NCBI GenBank assembly: GCA_963666565.1
Contig: OY762911.1
Location: 1,216,001-1,280,000, forward strand
Length of the DNA: 64,000 bases
Direction of reading: 5' to 3'
From: Thermoanaerobaculia bacterium
Lineage (GTDB): Bacteria; Acidobacteriota; Thermoanaerobaculia; Multivoradales; Multivoraceae
In this document: positions 1-9,063 of the stretch, in pieces
Position numbering within the stretch: position 1 is the first letter of the stretch
How the letters are laid out: the number at the start of each line of letters is the position of its first letter
The notes under the pieces: generated by a model
What the model saw: only the letters and a program-made list of their open reading frames with translations
What the model was told of the DNA's origin: nothing
Database searches by the model: none
Made by a program: the position numbers and the translations under genes

Positions 1-2355
1 CTCCTCCGGGATCAACACGAGTTCGGAACCGATGTCCGTGCCTTCCGGCGCCGGCATCGAGGCGCCGAGCGACAGGAAGCTCCAGAGCGCCTCGATCTGG
101 CCTCCGGTCGTGCCGCCGCCGAGGTCCGGGAAGTTCGCCTCGCCCTCGGGCCAGTAGGCGGGCATCCTCGTTCCCGGCCGGATCGCGGCCGGATCGCGCA
201 GGAACCGCTCGACCCACCCGGGCCGCAGCCGGTCGTAGGCGGTCGCCAGGTCGATCGTGGAGATCCCGGGCGCCGGGTTCACGTGGACATCGTGGCAGGT
301 GACGCAGCCCATTCCGCCGGTGCCGATCAGCTCGCGGCCGTCGTTCGCGGCGGTGGCGGTGACGGCCGGTTCGTCGAGGTCGCCGGCGGAGGCGTCGACG
401 GCTTCCAGCGCCGCCGCCAGCCGCTCGGCCGCGGCGGCGGGGATGCCGGGCATCCGGACCTCCATGAAGTCGCGCCGGACGTGGAGGCGGTCGCCGGCGA
501 GGATCGAACGCAGCGCGCGGGGCTTCAGCTTGCCGCCGGCGCCGTCGAGCGGCGGCGGCAGCCGTCCCTCGTCGCCCAGGTCCTGGTTGCCGACGACCCG
601 GAAGTAGGCGGCGCGGACGGCGTCCGGCCCGCCGACCTCGACGCCGCCGACCCGGCGCCGGTGACACGCGAAGCAGTTGAAGCTGGCCATCGCGTGGACG
701 ATCTCAGCCTCCGGCGGGCGTTCGCCCGGGAGCGCGGAGCGCCCTGGCGGCGACGGCGGCCGTGCTGCGCTCCGCTCCGAAAGCGCCGCGAGCGCGGCCC
801 GGAGTGCCCGCCTCTGGTGGCCGGCCAGCCGGTACCGCGGCGACGTGTCCGCCGCGTGCATGGCGGGTTGCGCAAGCGCCTTGTCCGGGTCGAGCGCGGC
901 GAGCGCCGGCGCCTTCACGCGGGACACGGAGTAGGAGCGGCCGCGCTCCGGATCGACGCCGGGCGACACGTGGCAGGAGGAGCACCCGTAGCGGGCGAAC
1001 AGGGCGCTTCCGTCCTCCTCGTACCGTCGGCCGCCCGCCGCCGGTCCGCCCGCCGGCCGCAGGCGAACGCTCTCGTGGCTGGTCAGTTCGTGAAGCGGCA
1101 CGGGCGTCGGCAGGCCTCCTCCCGCGACGCTCACGTCGACGAACGGCCGCCCGGCGCCGCCGCGGATGGACCGGGTCACTTCGACCGGATGGTCGCCGGC
1201 CGCGAGGTCGAGCGTCGTCTCCGCCCGGCGCCGGCTGAACGGCGGTTTCGAGGCGACGGCTTCGGCGCCCACCCGGAGCGAGGCGGCCGCCCGGCGGTCG
1301 GAGGCGAGGGTGAACGTGTAGCGGCCGGCCGCGGGCAGGCTCAGCAGGCCGCTGAAGCGGTAGGCGTGGTCGCCGTTGCCCGTCGCGACCGGCAGATCGA
1401 GCGACAGGGTGCCGGTCCGGCCGACGGCGGCCGGACGCGGTTCGCCGGGGGCCGGCGCCGGGCGGTCGAAGAAGCCGGCCGCGTCGTCGTCTTCTTCCCG
1501 ATCGGGGAAGTACTCGAACTCGAAGCCGCGGCGGCGCTCGGCGACGAGCGGCGCCTGCCCGCGCAGCAGGTAGACGGCGATGTCCTCCGCCTCTTCGCGG
1601 GCCAGGTGGAGGGGCGGCATCCGGCCCGCCGGCCTCGCGGCGTGAGGGTCGAGCAGGAACTCGGCGAGCGCCGCGACGGACGTCTTGGCCTCCAGGTCGG
1701 GCAACGGGACGGACGGGATGGCCGGCGGGTCGCCGTCGCCATCGCCATCGCCTCCCGGCGAGTGGCAGGCCACGCAGCCGACCGAACGAAAGAGCCTCCG
1801 CCCCCGCTCGACGGTGGCCTGGAAACGGTGGACGGGGAAGTCTCCCAGGACTTCCCCGGCAACCGGCATGTCCGCCGTTCCGCCGCGCTGCCCGGGACTC
1901 TCGGAGTTCGCCCACCTCGACGCGCGGTGAGCGAGGTAGCCGACGAGCGTGCGCACTGCGTCTTCCCGGTCGTCCGGCTCGAGGGAGTGGAGAACTTCGG
2001 GCATCGCCGAGCCCGGTTTCCGCGCGTGGGGCGCCGTCAGGTAGTCCGTCAGCCACTGCCTGGTGGCGCGTACGGCGATCCGGTCCAGGTTCGGCGCGGT
2101 GCGCACGGGGATCCGCCGCACCATTGCCGGGGTCGGCTCGTGGCATGAGAGACAGTTCAGTTCGCCGAGCAGAAGCTCGCCCAGGGCGGCCTCGTCCGCG
2201 GCGCCGGCCAGGCGGAGGTGCTCGTAGCCGGGGACGACGGGCGCTGCCGGATTTGCGGCGCCGGTCTGCGCCTGCAGCGGCCCGGACGCCGCCGTCGCAA
2301 TCACGAGGAGGAGCGGCGCAGTTCGGAAGATCGCGCTGGAGCCGCGGCACTGCAT
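1..2355 (-). CDS. Multiheme c-type cytochrome with PA14-like domain (3' end runs off the window)
   Basis: Not in the ORF track (edge). Hand translation from ATG 2355 gives MQCRGSSAIFRTAPLLLVIATAASGPLQAQ (signal peptide). In-frame heme motifs: CLSCH 2140-2154, CVACH 1762-1776, CSSCH 970-984, CFACH 661-675, CVTCH 292-306. PA14-like stretch YRFSGLLSLPAAGRYTFTLASD. Confidence 0.85.
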   Translation of the reverse strand, partial: MQCRGSSAIFRTAPLLLVIATAASGPLQAQTGAANPAAPVVPGYEHLRLAGAADEAALGELLLGELNCLSCHEPTPAMVRRIPVRTAPNLDRIAVRATRQWLTDYLTAPHARKPGSAMPEVLHSLEPDDREDAVRTLVGYLAHRASRWANSESPGQRGGTADMPVAGEVLGDFPVHRFQATVERGRRLFRSVGCVACHSPGGDGDGDGDPPAIPSVPLPDLEAKTSVAALAEFLLDPHAARPAGRMPPLHLAREEAEDIAVYLLRGQAPLVAERRRGFEFEYFPDREEDDDAAGFFDRPAPAPGEPRPAAVGRTGTLSLDLPVATGNGDHAYRFSGLLSLPAAGRYTFTLASDRRAAASLRVGAEAVASKPPFSRRRAETTLDLAAGDHPVEVTRSIRGGAGRPFVDVSVAGGGLPTPVPLHELTSHESVRLRPAGGPAAGGRRYEEDGSALFARYGCSSCHVSPGVDPERGRSYSVSRVKAPALAALDPDKALAQPAMHAADTSPRYRLAGHQRRALRAALAALSERSAARPPSPPGRSALPGERPPEAEIVHAMASFNCFACHRRRVGGVEVGGPDAVRAAYFRVVGNQDLGDEGRLPPPLDGAGGKLKPRALRSILAGDRLHVRRDFMEVRMPGIPAAAAERLAAALEAVDASAGDLDEPAVTATAANDGRELIGTGGMGCVTCHDVHVNPAPGISTIDLATAYDRLRPGWVERFLRDPAAIRPGTRMPAYWPEGEANFPDLGGGTTGGQIEALWSFLSLGASMPAPEGTDIGSELVLIPEE

Positions 2356-2400
2356 TCAGTCGGTGCGAATCACACTACATGAGCCTCCGCCTTGGCGCGG

Positions 2401-2426
2401 GCGGGTCGGAAGACCCGCGCACCCAG
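2401..2426 (+). repeat. REP-like hairpin copy (intergenic)
   Basis: GCGGGTC-GGAA-GACCCGC-GCACCCAG. Confidence 0.85.
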
Positions 2427-2495
2427 AGATACGTCGATGACGGGGCGCTGCTCCATTCTGCAGGCCGTTCGCTTCGACGGCGTTAGGATCGATCC

Positions 2496-4322
2496 ATGAA
2501 CGGCTCGGCCCGAGCCTTGGGTGTGTGCGTTCGATCGATCGCGGCCGCCCTCCTGCCCGTGGCCCTTCTGGCTTGCGCCGCCGCTCCTGACGAGCCTCCC
2601 GCGTCTCCGGCGGAAGAGGCCATCCCTCACCCGGAGCTCGCGGAACTCGACCCGCCTCTCGCCCGTGAGATCGAGGCCCGGCGCGCGGAGCTCGAGGGTC
2701 TGCTCGCGGGAGACGTCAGCGCCGCCGAGAAGGCCCAGGCCCTCGGCGAACTGGGCCGGCTTTACCAGGCCCACCGCCTGCTGGAACCGGCGCTCGCGTG
2801 CTACCGGCAGGCGCACGCGCTGGATCCCGAGTCGTTCGCCTGGGCCTACTACCTCGGCGTTCAGGCGGCCGGCGCCGGCGACATCGAGACCGCCCGCCCG
2901 GCGTTCCGCCACGCCCTCGAGCTTCGAGCCGGCGACGCGCCGGCCCTTGTCCGGCTCGCCGACCTCGAGCTGGAACATGGCCGGATCGACGAGGCCGAGC
3001 TCCTCTACGTCCGGGCGGCCGCCGTGGACGACTCGGCCGCCGTGGCCTACGGGATGGGCCGGGTCGCCGAGGAGCGAGGCTCGTACGCGGAGGCCATCGG
3101 GCAGTTCCAGCGCGCGCTGGCGCTCCAGCCGCGCGCTGCCGTCGTCCACTACCACCTCGGTCAGGCCTACCGGGAGCTGGGCGAGTTCGACCGGGCCGAG
3201 GAAGCGCTGGCGCGGAGCGGACCGAACCGGGTCGCCATGGCCGACCCGCTGATGCACGAGTTGACGACGCTCGCCATCGGCGCCCTGCCCCACCTGGACC
3301 GGGGCCACGCCGCCGCCCGCGAGGGCCGCATGGCCGATGCGGAGACCGCCTACCGGCAGGCGGTGGCGGCCGACGCAACGAACGTGCGCGCGCACGAGAG
3401 TCTGGCGACGCTGCTGGCGCGCCGCGGCGACGCGGAGGGGGCGATCGAGCACTTCGGCGTCGCGGTCCGGCTGGCGCCGGAGAACGCGCGCGCGCACTCG
3501 GACCTCGGCGTGCTCCTGAGTGAACTGGGGCGCAACGGTCGGGCGCTGGAGCATCTCGGCCGGGCGGTCGAACTCGAGCCGGGGCTGGTGGGGGCGCTGG
3601 CGACGCTCGGCCACGTTCAGACTCGGATGGGCCGGCTCGACGAGGCGGAGGCAACCTACCGCCAGGTTCTGGAGAGCGATGCGGCGAACGCCGATGCCCG
3701 GCTCGGGCTCGGGGCCGTGCTGGCGCAGACCGGCGACTTCGAACAGGCCGTCGTTGAATTGCAGGCGGCCCTGCGGCAGGTCCCCGAAGATGGGCAGACG
3801 CCCCGCGTCCACTTTGGCCTGGCCGAGGCCCTGGTGCGCACCGGCCGGCTCGAGGACGCGCTGCCGCACTATGCTCGGGTTCGCGAAATCGACCCCACCC
3901 AGAGCCTCGCCTGGCTGCGCGAGTCGACCGTGCTGATGGGTCTGGGGCGTTTCGCGGAGGCCAAGGCGACGCTCGAGGCGCGCCTGCGAGTCGACTCGAC
4001 GGACGGCCGGGCCGCCCACTCCCTGGCGAGACTGCTCGCCGGCGCGCCGGACCCGGCTCTCCGCGACGGTCCGCGGGCCATGACCATCGCCGGCGCCCTC
4101 CTCCAGGCCGACGACGCCGCGCCGAACGCCGAGACCGCCGCGATGGCGTTGGCCGAGGTGGGTCGCTTCGAGGAGGCGGTCAGCGTCCAGCGCACCCTCG
4201 TCGAGGAGGCGCGCCGGCAAGGTCGCACCGGCGAAGAGCGACGGCTCGCCCGCAACCTGGAGCGCTACGAACGTGGCGAGGCCTGCTGCGCCCGAGCGGC
4301 GGACGCGTTTCCGCCCTATTGA
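2496..4322 (+). CDS. Tetratricopeptide repeat lipoprotein
   Basis: Lipobox LLAC followed by many TPR units (e.g. AIGQFQRALALQPRAAVVHYHLGQAY). Confidence 0.9.
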   Translation: MNGSARALGVCVRSIAAALLPVALLACAAAPDEPPASPAEEAIPHPELAELDPPLAREIEARRAELEGLLAGDVSAAEKAQALGELGRLYQAHRLLEPALACYRQAHALDPESFAWAYYLGVQAAGAGDIETARPAFRHALELRAGDAPALVRLADLELEHGRIDEAELLYVRAAAVDDSAAVAYGMGRVAEERGSYAEAIGQFQRALALQPRAAVVHYHLGQAYRELGEFDRAEEALARSGPNRVAMADPLMHELTTLAIGALPHLDRGHAAAREGRMADAETAYRQAVAADATNVRAHESLATLLARRGDAEGAIEHFGVAVRLAPENARAHSDLGVLLSELGRNGRALEHLGRAVELEPGLVGALATLGHVQTRMGRLDEAEATYRQVLESDAANADARLGLGAVLAQTGDFEQAVVELQAALRQVPEDGQTPRVHFGLAEALVRTGRLEDALPHYARVREIDPTQSLAWLRESTVLMGLGRFAEAKATLEARLRVDSTDGRAAHSLARLLAGAPDPALRDGPRAMTIAGALLQADDAAPNAETAAMALAEVGRFEEAVSVQRTLVEEARRQGRTGEERRLARNLERYERGEACCARAADAFPPY

Positions 4323-6229
4323 TCTCCTTCGCCCTGGACCAGGGTCCGGTACTCCCCGGGCCGCACATCGGTCCAACGTTCCGCCGCGCCGTCGGGCCAG
4401 CGGACCTCGACTCGGGTGACGGCGGCGTTCGCGCCGTCGCCGAGGCCGACCAGCACCCGCGGGTCGCGGGCGGAGGCGTAGCTGCCGTCGGTGTGGACGT
4501 GGCGCCAGATGGGCGGCGCGCCGTCCCGGTGGATCGTGACCTGCGCGCCCAGGGCGTCGCGGTCGTGGGCCACGAGTCGCAGGCCCAGCCAGGGGCGGTC
4601 CTGGCCGACCTCGTTCCGCAGCAGGCGGGCCGGCCCGTTGCTGTTGACGACGACGGCGTCCAGGTCGCCGTCGTTGTCGACGTCGCCGAAGGCGGCGGCG
4701 CGGCTGACCTCGGACGACTCGAAGATCGCGCCGGCCTCGGCCGTGACCTCCGCGAAGGCGCCGTTGCCGAGGTTGCGGAAGAGCTGGTTCGTCTGCCGCA
4801 GCGGGTACGGATCGCCGGTGCGGATCAGCGCGTCGATGCCGATGACGGCGCCGTTGACGACGAGCACGTCGAGCCGGGAATCGTTGTCGTAGTCGATCCA
4901 GCCGATGCCGAAGGCGGTGAACGGCAGGCTCGGCGGTCCCAGTTGCGTCGATACCGACTCGTCCCGGAACAGACCGGCGCCGCCGTTGACGTAGAGGGTG
5001 TTCGTCTCCTGCTCCAGGTGGCTGAGGACGATGTCGGGTTGGCCGTCGCCGTCGAAGTCGCCGGCGTCGACGCCCATGCCGGCCTCGGGCTGGCCCTCGC
5101 GGTTGACGGCGACTCCAGCCAGCAGGGCGTTGTCGGCGAAGGTGCCGTCGCCCCGGTTGATCCAGAGCCGGTTCCACATCAGGTCGTTCGCCACGTAGAG
5201 GTCGATCCAGCGGTCGCCGTTGAAATCGGCGGCAACGGCGCCGAGGCCGGAACCGGGTTCGGCGCCGATTCCCGACGATGACGACACGTCCTCGAAGGTC
5301 CCGTCGCTCCGGTTGCGGAACAGGCTGTCGGTCGCCGGCCGGTAGGCGCCGGGGGCGCAGTAGGTCAACACCCCGCTCGGCAGCGGGCACGGGGAGTGGT
5401 CCGCCGGCGAGTAGTCGACGTAGTTGCCGACGTAGAGGTCCAGCCAGCCGTCGCGGTCGAAGTCGAAGAACGTAGCGGCGACGGACCAGCGGGGATCGTC
5501 CGCACCCGAGGCGGCGGTGACATCGTCGAAGGTGCCGTCGCCGCGGTTTCGCAGCAACTGGTTGGCGCCGAAGTTCGTGACGTACAGGTCCGTCCAGCCA
5601 TCGTTGTCGAAGTCGCCGGTCGCGACGCCCATGCCGTAGCCGTCGGCTTCGATCCGGCTTTCGCCGGTGACGTCGGTGAAACGAAGCGCGGCGCCGGCGG
5701 CGCCGCCAGCTCCTGGTTTCGGCAGGTCGTTGCGGTAGAGGCGGTCGGTGAGCGGCGTGCCGGGAGGCGGCGGGAAGAGGGTGTCGCCGGGGGACAGGCC
5801 GGGGTTCGGCGTTCCGCCCTGGGCGAGGTACAGGTCGAGGTCGCCGTCGTTGTCGAAGTCGAACAGTGCGGCGCCGCCGCCCATGATCTCGTTGAAGTAG
5901 TGCTCGCCGGACATGCCGTTGAAGTAGGCGAAATCGAGACCAGCTGCGGGGGCGGCGTCGATGAAGATGGGGCGTTCGGTGGTGGAGGTGGGGTCGGGGG
6001 CTGGAGAGCAGGCGATGAGGAGGAGAATGAGGGCGAGGGGATAGCGCGGGCTCGCCGCTGCGCGGCATCGCGCCTGATGCGGGTCAGAAGACCCGCGCAC
6101 CCAGTGGTACGGGCTCGCCGCTTCGCGGCATCGAGACCGGGTGCGCGGGTCTTCCGACCCGCTGCCGCCGGAGGCGGCCAGGAAGACGCGCCGGCCGCCA
6201 GGTCGGCGCCACTCCGGCGAAACGCTCAA
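4316..6229 (-). CDS. CRTAC1-family FG-GAP/VCBS repeat lipoprotein with ASPIC/UnbV C-terminal domain
   Basis: C-terminal part of ORF 4316..8119. Repeated DFDNDGxxDLY motifs; C-terminal GSYASARDPRVLVGLG...VEVRWPDG; lipobox LIAC. Start taken as the TTG overlapping the upstream stop (TTGA); exact start uncertain. Confidence 0.85.
   Translation of the reverse strand: MSVSPEWRRPGGRRVFLAASGGSGSEDPRTRSRCREAASPYHWVRGSSDPHQARCRAAASPRYPLALILLLIACSPAPDPTSTTERPIFIDAAPAAGLDFAYFNGMSGEHYFNEIMGGGAALFDFDNDGDLDLYLAQGGTPNPGLSPGDTLFPPPPGTPLTDRLYRNDLPKPGAGGAAGAALRFTDVTGESRIEADGYGMGVATGDFDNDGWTDLYVTNFGANQLLRNRGDGTFDDVTAASGADDPRWSVAATFFDFDRDGWLDLYVGNYVDYSPADHSPCPLPSGVLTYCAPGAYRPATDSLFRNRSDGTFEDVSSSSGIGAEPGSGLGAVAADFNGDRWIDLYVANDLMWNRLWINRGDGTFADNALLAGVAVNREGQPEAGMGVDAGDFDGDGQPDIVLSHLEQETNTLYVNGGAGLFRDESVSTQLGPPSLPFTAFGIGWIDYDNDSRLDVLVVNGAVIGIDALIRTGDPYPLRQTNQLFRNLGNGAFAEVTAEAGAIFESSEVSRAAAFGDVDNDGDLDAVVVNSNGPARLLRNEVGQDRPWLGLRLVAHDRDALGAQVTIHRDGAPPIWRHVHTDGSYASARDPRVLVGLGDGANAAVTRVEVRWPDGAAERWTDVRPGEYRTLVQGEGDQ
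6047..6197. repeat. Two inverted REP-like copies plus a 24-bp direct repeat in the 5' end of the CRTAC1 gene
   Basis: Cores at 6079-6096 and 6145-6162; direct repeat 6047-6070 / 6110-6133 (23/24 identical). Confidence 0.85.
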
Positions 6230-8655
6230 CCGCTGCGTTCCAGCGCCCGCGCCGCCGCGAGTTCGCGCCGCGCCTCTTCCGGCAGGCCGAGCCTCGTGAA
6301 GATGTCGGCGAGCAGGTAGTGGCCCATCGGCGCCATGTCCGAGCCCGGGTCGAGTTGGAGGCCGGTGCGGGCCAGTTCGATCGCGCGGTCCAGTTGTTCG
6401 TTGCCGTCGACCAGGGACTTGGCCAGGAAGAAGTGGCCGACGGCGAACTCCGGGTTGATCTCGATCGATTGCTCCAGGGCCTGGGTTGCCCCGTAGCGGT
6501 CCCCCAGGCTGTCGAGCAGCCGGCCGAGGTTGAACTGGACCCGGTAGCTCTGCGGGTGGACGTCGAGTTCGCGGCGGTAGAAGTCCACCGCGGCGCGGGG
6601 GTCGCCGCGCTCCTCGGCGAGCAGGGCGAGGTTGAAGTGGGCCAGGCGAACGTCCTCCTGAACGGTCAGGGCCTCCTCGAAGAGCCGCTCCGCGTTGACC
6701 GGATCGGACCGGAGGAGCGCCACGGCGCCTTGGCTGACCACCGCGGCGCCCATCTCCGGTGACAGATCGGCTGCCTCCCTGAGGTGCTCCTCGGCGCCCT
6801 CCAGGTCGCCGAAGTCCACGAGCATGCGCGCCAGTTCGTAGTGGATGATCGCGTTGCGTGGATCGAGCCGCAGGAACTCCCGGTAGCCGAGGATCGCCTC
6901 TTCCTCGGCCCCGGCCCGCCGGTAGGCGTTGGCGAGGTTGATCACGGCGTGGGCGTAGTCGGGCTTCAGTTCGATGGCTCTCCGGTAGCTCTCGATCGCG
7001 GCGCCGGTGTCGTCGCCGCGCACCTGTTCGTCGCCGAGCCGGACCCAGGCGTCGATCACCGACGGGTCCTCGATCAGCACCCGTTCCAGGGCTTCGACGG
7101 CCGCCGGCCGGTTCCCCTTGAGCGAAGCCTCGCGGGCGTCGCGCATCAGGTTGTAGAGATGGATCCGGTCCTTCGGGTCGGCGAGCAGGGCCCGGTCCAC
7201 GCTCTCGTCGGTACTGCCGCCGAAACGGGCCAGATAGCCGAGGGCGGCGAGACGCGCCCGGGTTTCCGGGTCGATCTCCTCGATCGCCGCCGGCCGCGCC
7301 ACGTCGGCCCATCGCGACTCGAGGGACTGGAGCATCGAGGCCATCCGGTCCGCCTCGTCGGGCCGCGCGGCGAACAGGTTGTTCCGCTCGTCCGGGTCGA
7401 CCGCCAGGTCGTACAACTCGGGCCGGGGCGCGGCGACGTACTTCATGTTCTCGACCCGCAGCGCGGCGAGGTCGCTCCAGCCGAAGTGATAGCGCGGATA
7501 GACGGCTTCCGCGTAGGCCGGGAGGCGCGGCCCGGACGCGCCGGTCAGGAGCCGGACGATGCTTGCGCCTTCGAAGGAGGAATCCCGCTCCGCCTGGCCC
7601 GCGTCGACCGCCAGCAGGTCGAGGACGGTCGGGGAGACGTCGACCGCCCTGACCACGTCGCCGATCCGGCGGCCCCGCATCGTGTCGTAGGGCGCGCGGA
7701 GGATGAAGGGAACCCGCGTCGCCCCCTCGTAGATGAAGAAGCCGTGGCCGGATTCGCCGTGCTCGCCGAGACTCTCGCCGTGGTCTCCGATCACGATGAC
7801 GACGGTGTCGTCGGCGCGCCCGTTCCGGTCGAGCCAGTCCAGCAACCGTCCGACCTGCGAGTCGACGTAGGCGATCTCGCCGACGTACGGACGGTTCCGG
7901 TAGCGCTCGGCGAACGGTTCCGGCGGTTCGTAGGGCGAGTGCGGATCGTAGAAGTGGACCCAGGTAAAGAAGCGCGCGTCCGGGGCCTCGTCGAGCCACG
8001 TCAACGCGGCGTCCGTGACCTCGCCCGCCGGCCGTTCGATCTCGTTCAGCGCCAGCCGCACGGTGTCGCTCAGTTCGAAGTCGTCGAAGTAACGGTCGAA
8101 GCCCTGGGCGATCCCCCACTTCGCGTCGAGCACGAACGCCCCGACGAAGCCGCCGGTGCGCAGACCCTCGTCCCGCAGGATCTCGGCCAGGACGACGTGC
8201 TCGTCGCCCAGGTAGAAAGCGCCGTTGTCCCTGACCCCGTGAGCCGGCGGGAACTGCCCGGTGAAGATCGACGCGTGCGCCGGCAAGGTCAGCGGCGCCA
8301 CCGCCTCCGCCTGCTCGAACAGCACCCCCTCCGCCGCCAGCCGGTCCATGTGCGGCGTCTCGATATCAGCGAACCCGTAGGCCCCGATCCGATCCGCCCG
8401 GGTCGTGTCCAGCGTGATGAGCAGAAGACTCAGGTCACCGGGCCCGACCCCGCCCGGAAGCCGACCCAGCACATGCCCCGACGGCGCCGTGACTTCTCCG
8501 CCGGAGGACAGTAGCCGGACCGCCACACCGACCACCGCAACGCCGGCAACGGCCAAGGCCACAGCAAGCCCGATCCACCGACCCAGCTTTGCTCGTTTCG
8601 CTCGGCCAGCGGTCAACTCGCTGGTTTCATCCCGGCGGGGTCGTGCGCTGCCCAT
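6226..8655 (-). CDS. Sulfatase-like hydrolase/transferase with C-terminal TPR repeats
   Basis: LITLDTTRAD, PLTLPAHASIFTG, HFYDPHSPY and GDHGESLGEHGE motifs of the alkaline-phosphatase superfamily; N-terminal TM anchor; TPR tail. Confidence 0.9.
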   Translation of the reverse strand: MGSARPRRDETSELTAGRAKRAKLGRWIGLAVALAVAGVAVVGVAVRLLSSGGEVTAPSGHVLGRLPGGVGPGDLSLLLITLDTTRADRIGAYGFADIETPHMDRLAAEGVLFEQAEAVAPLTLPAHASIFTGQFPPAHGVRDNGAFYLGDEHVVLAEILRDEGLRTGGFVGAFVLDAKWGIAQGFDRYFDDFELSDTVRLALNEIERPAGEVTDAALTWLDEAPDARFFTWVHFYDPHSPYEPPEPFAERYRNRPYVGEIAYVDSQVGRLLDWLDRNGRADDTVVIVIGDHGESLGEHGESGHGFFIYEGATRVPFILRAPYDTMRGRRIGDVVRAVDVSPTVLDLLAVDAGQAERDSSFEGASIVRLLTGASGPRLPAYAEAVYPRYHFGWSDLAALRVENMKYVAAPRPELYDLAVDPDERNNLFAARPDEADRMASMLQSLESRWADVARPAAIEEIDPETRARLAALGYLARFGGSTDESVDRALLADPKDRIHLYNLMRDAREASLKGNRPAAVEALERVLIEDPSVIDAWVRLGDEQVRGDDTGAAIESYRRAIELKPDYAHAVINLANAYRRAGAEEEAILGYREFLRLDPRNAIIHYELARMLVDFGDLEGAEEHLREAADLSPEMGAAVVSQGAVALLRSDPVNAERLFEEALTVQEDVRLAHFNLALLAEERGDPRAAVDFYRRELDVHPQSYRVQFNLGRLLDSLGDRYGATQALEQSIEINPEFAVGHFFLAKSLVDGNEQLDRAIELARTGLQLDPGSDMAPMGHYLLADIFTRLGLPEEARRELAAARALERSG

Positions 8656-8719
8656 GGCGGAGTACGAAGGCTAGCAGCCAGGTTGAGTCGGCGCTCCGTT
8701 CCGGGTGGTCGCCGGCCTT

Positions 8720-8782
8720 CGGCCAGCGGCGTTACTTGGCCGCCTTCGGCGGCAGCGGGTCAGAAGACCCGCGCACCGACAC
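8720..8782 (+). repeat. REP-like copy (full two-hairpin form)
   Basis: GGCCGCCTTCGGCGGCA-GCGGGTC-AGAA-GACCCGC-GCACCGACAC. Confidence 0.85.
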
Positions 8783-8846
8783 CCGGAAGAGCCCGGCGCA
8801 CCGACACGCGGTAGCAGGCGTCGTTCGGATGACTGGAGGACGTCCA

Positions 8847-9021
8847 GCCCACCGAGGGCCTGTGGAGAGGGTCCCAGCGGGCTGGAGGCAAGTGACGCCC
8901 ACCGTCCTCCCATCAACCAACGCCGATGTGAAACGCAGCCGACCGAAGCGAGCGCCGACGTTCCCTCTACTCAGAGAGCGCGAGCGTCCGCTGGGACCCT
9001 CTCCACAGGCCCTCGGCGGGC
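8847..9021. repeat. Long inverted repeat pair (MITE/REPIN-like)
   Basis: CCGAGGGCCTGTGGAGAGGGTCCCAGCGG (8852-8880) is the exact reverse complement of 8988-9016; extends to 34 bp with 1 mismatch; 107-bp spacer. Confidence 0.8.
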
Positions 9022-9063
9022 GGGTGCAACCTCCGTCGCACCCGCCGTGCCGCTACGAGCCGC

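Noticed and set aside
283-2350. Long ORFs 283..2148(+) and 704..2350(-)
   Set aside because: Shadow frames of the real minus-strand cytochrome gene; Arg/Pro/Gly-rich with no motifs.
6230-8119. Apparent 1267-aa CRTAC1 protein
   Set aside because: The N-terminal ~630 aa are an alternate frame of the sulfatase gene; the same artefact inflates the ORF-track versions of the racemase, AKR, mraY, murG and murC genes.
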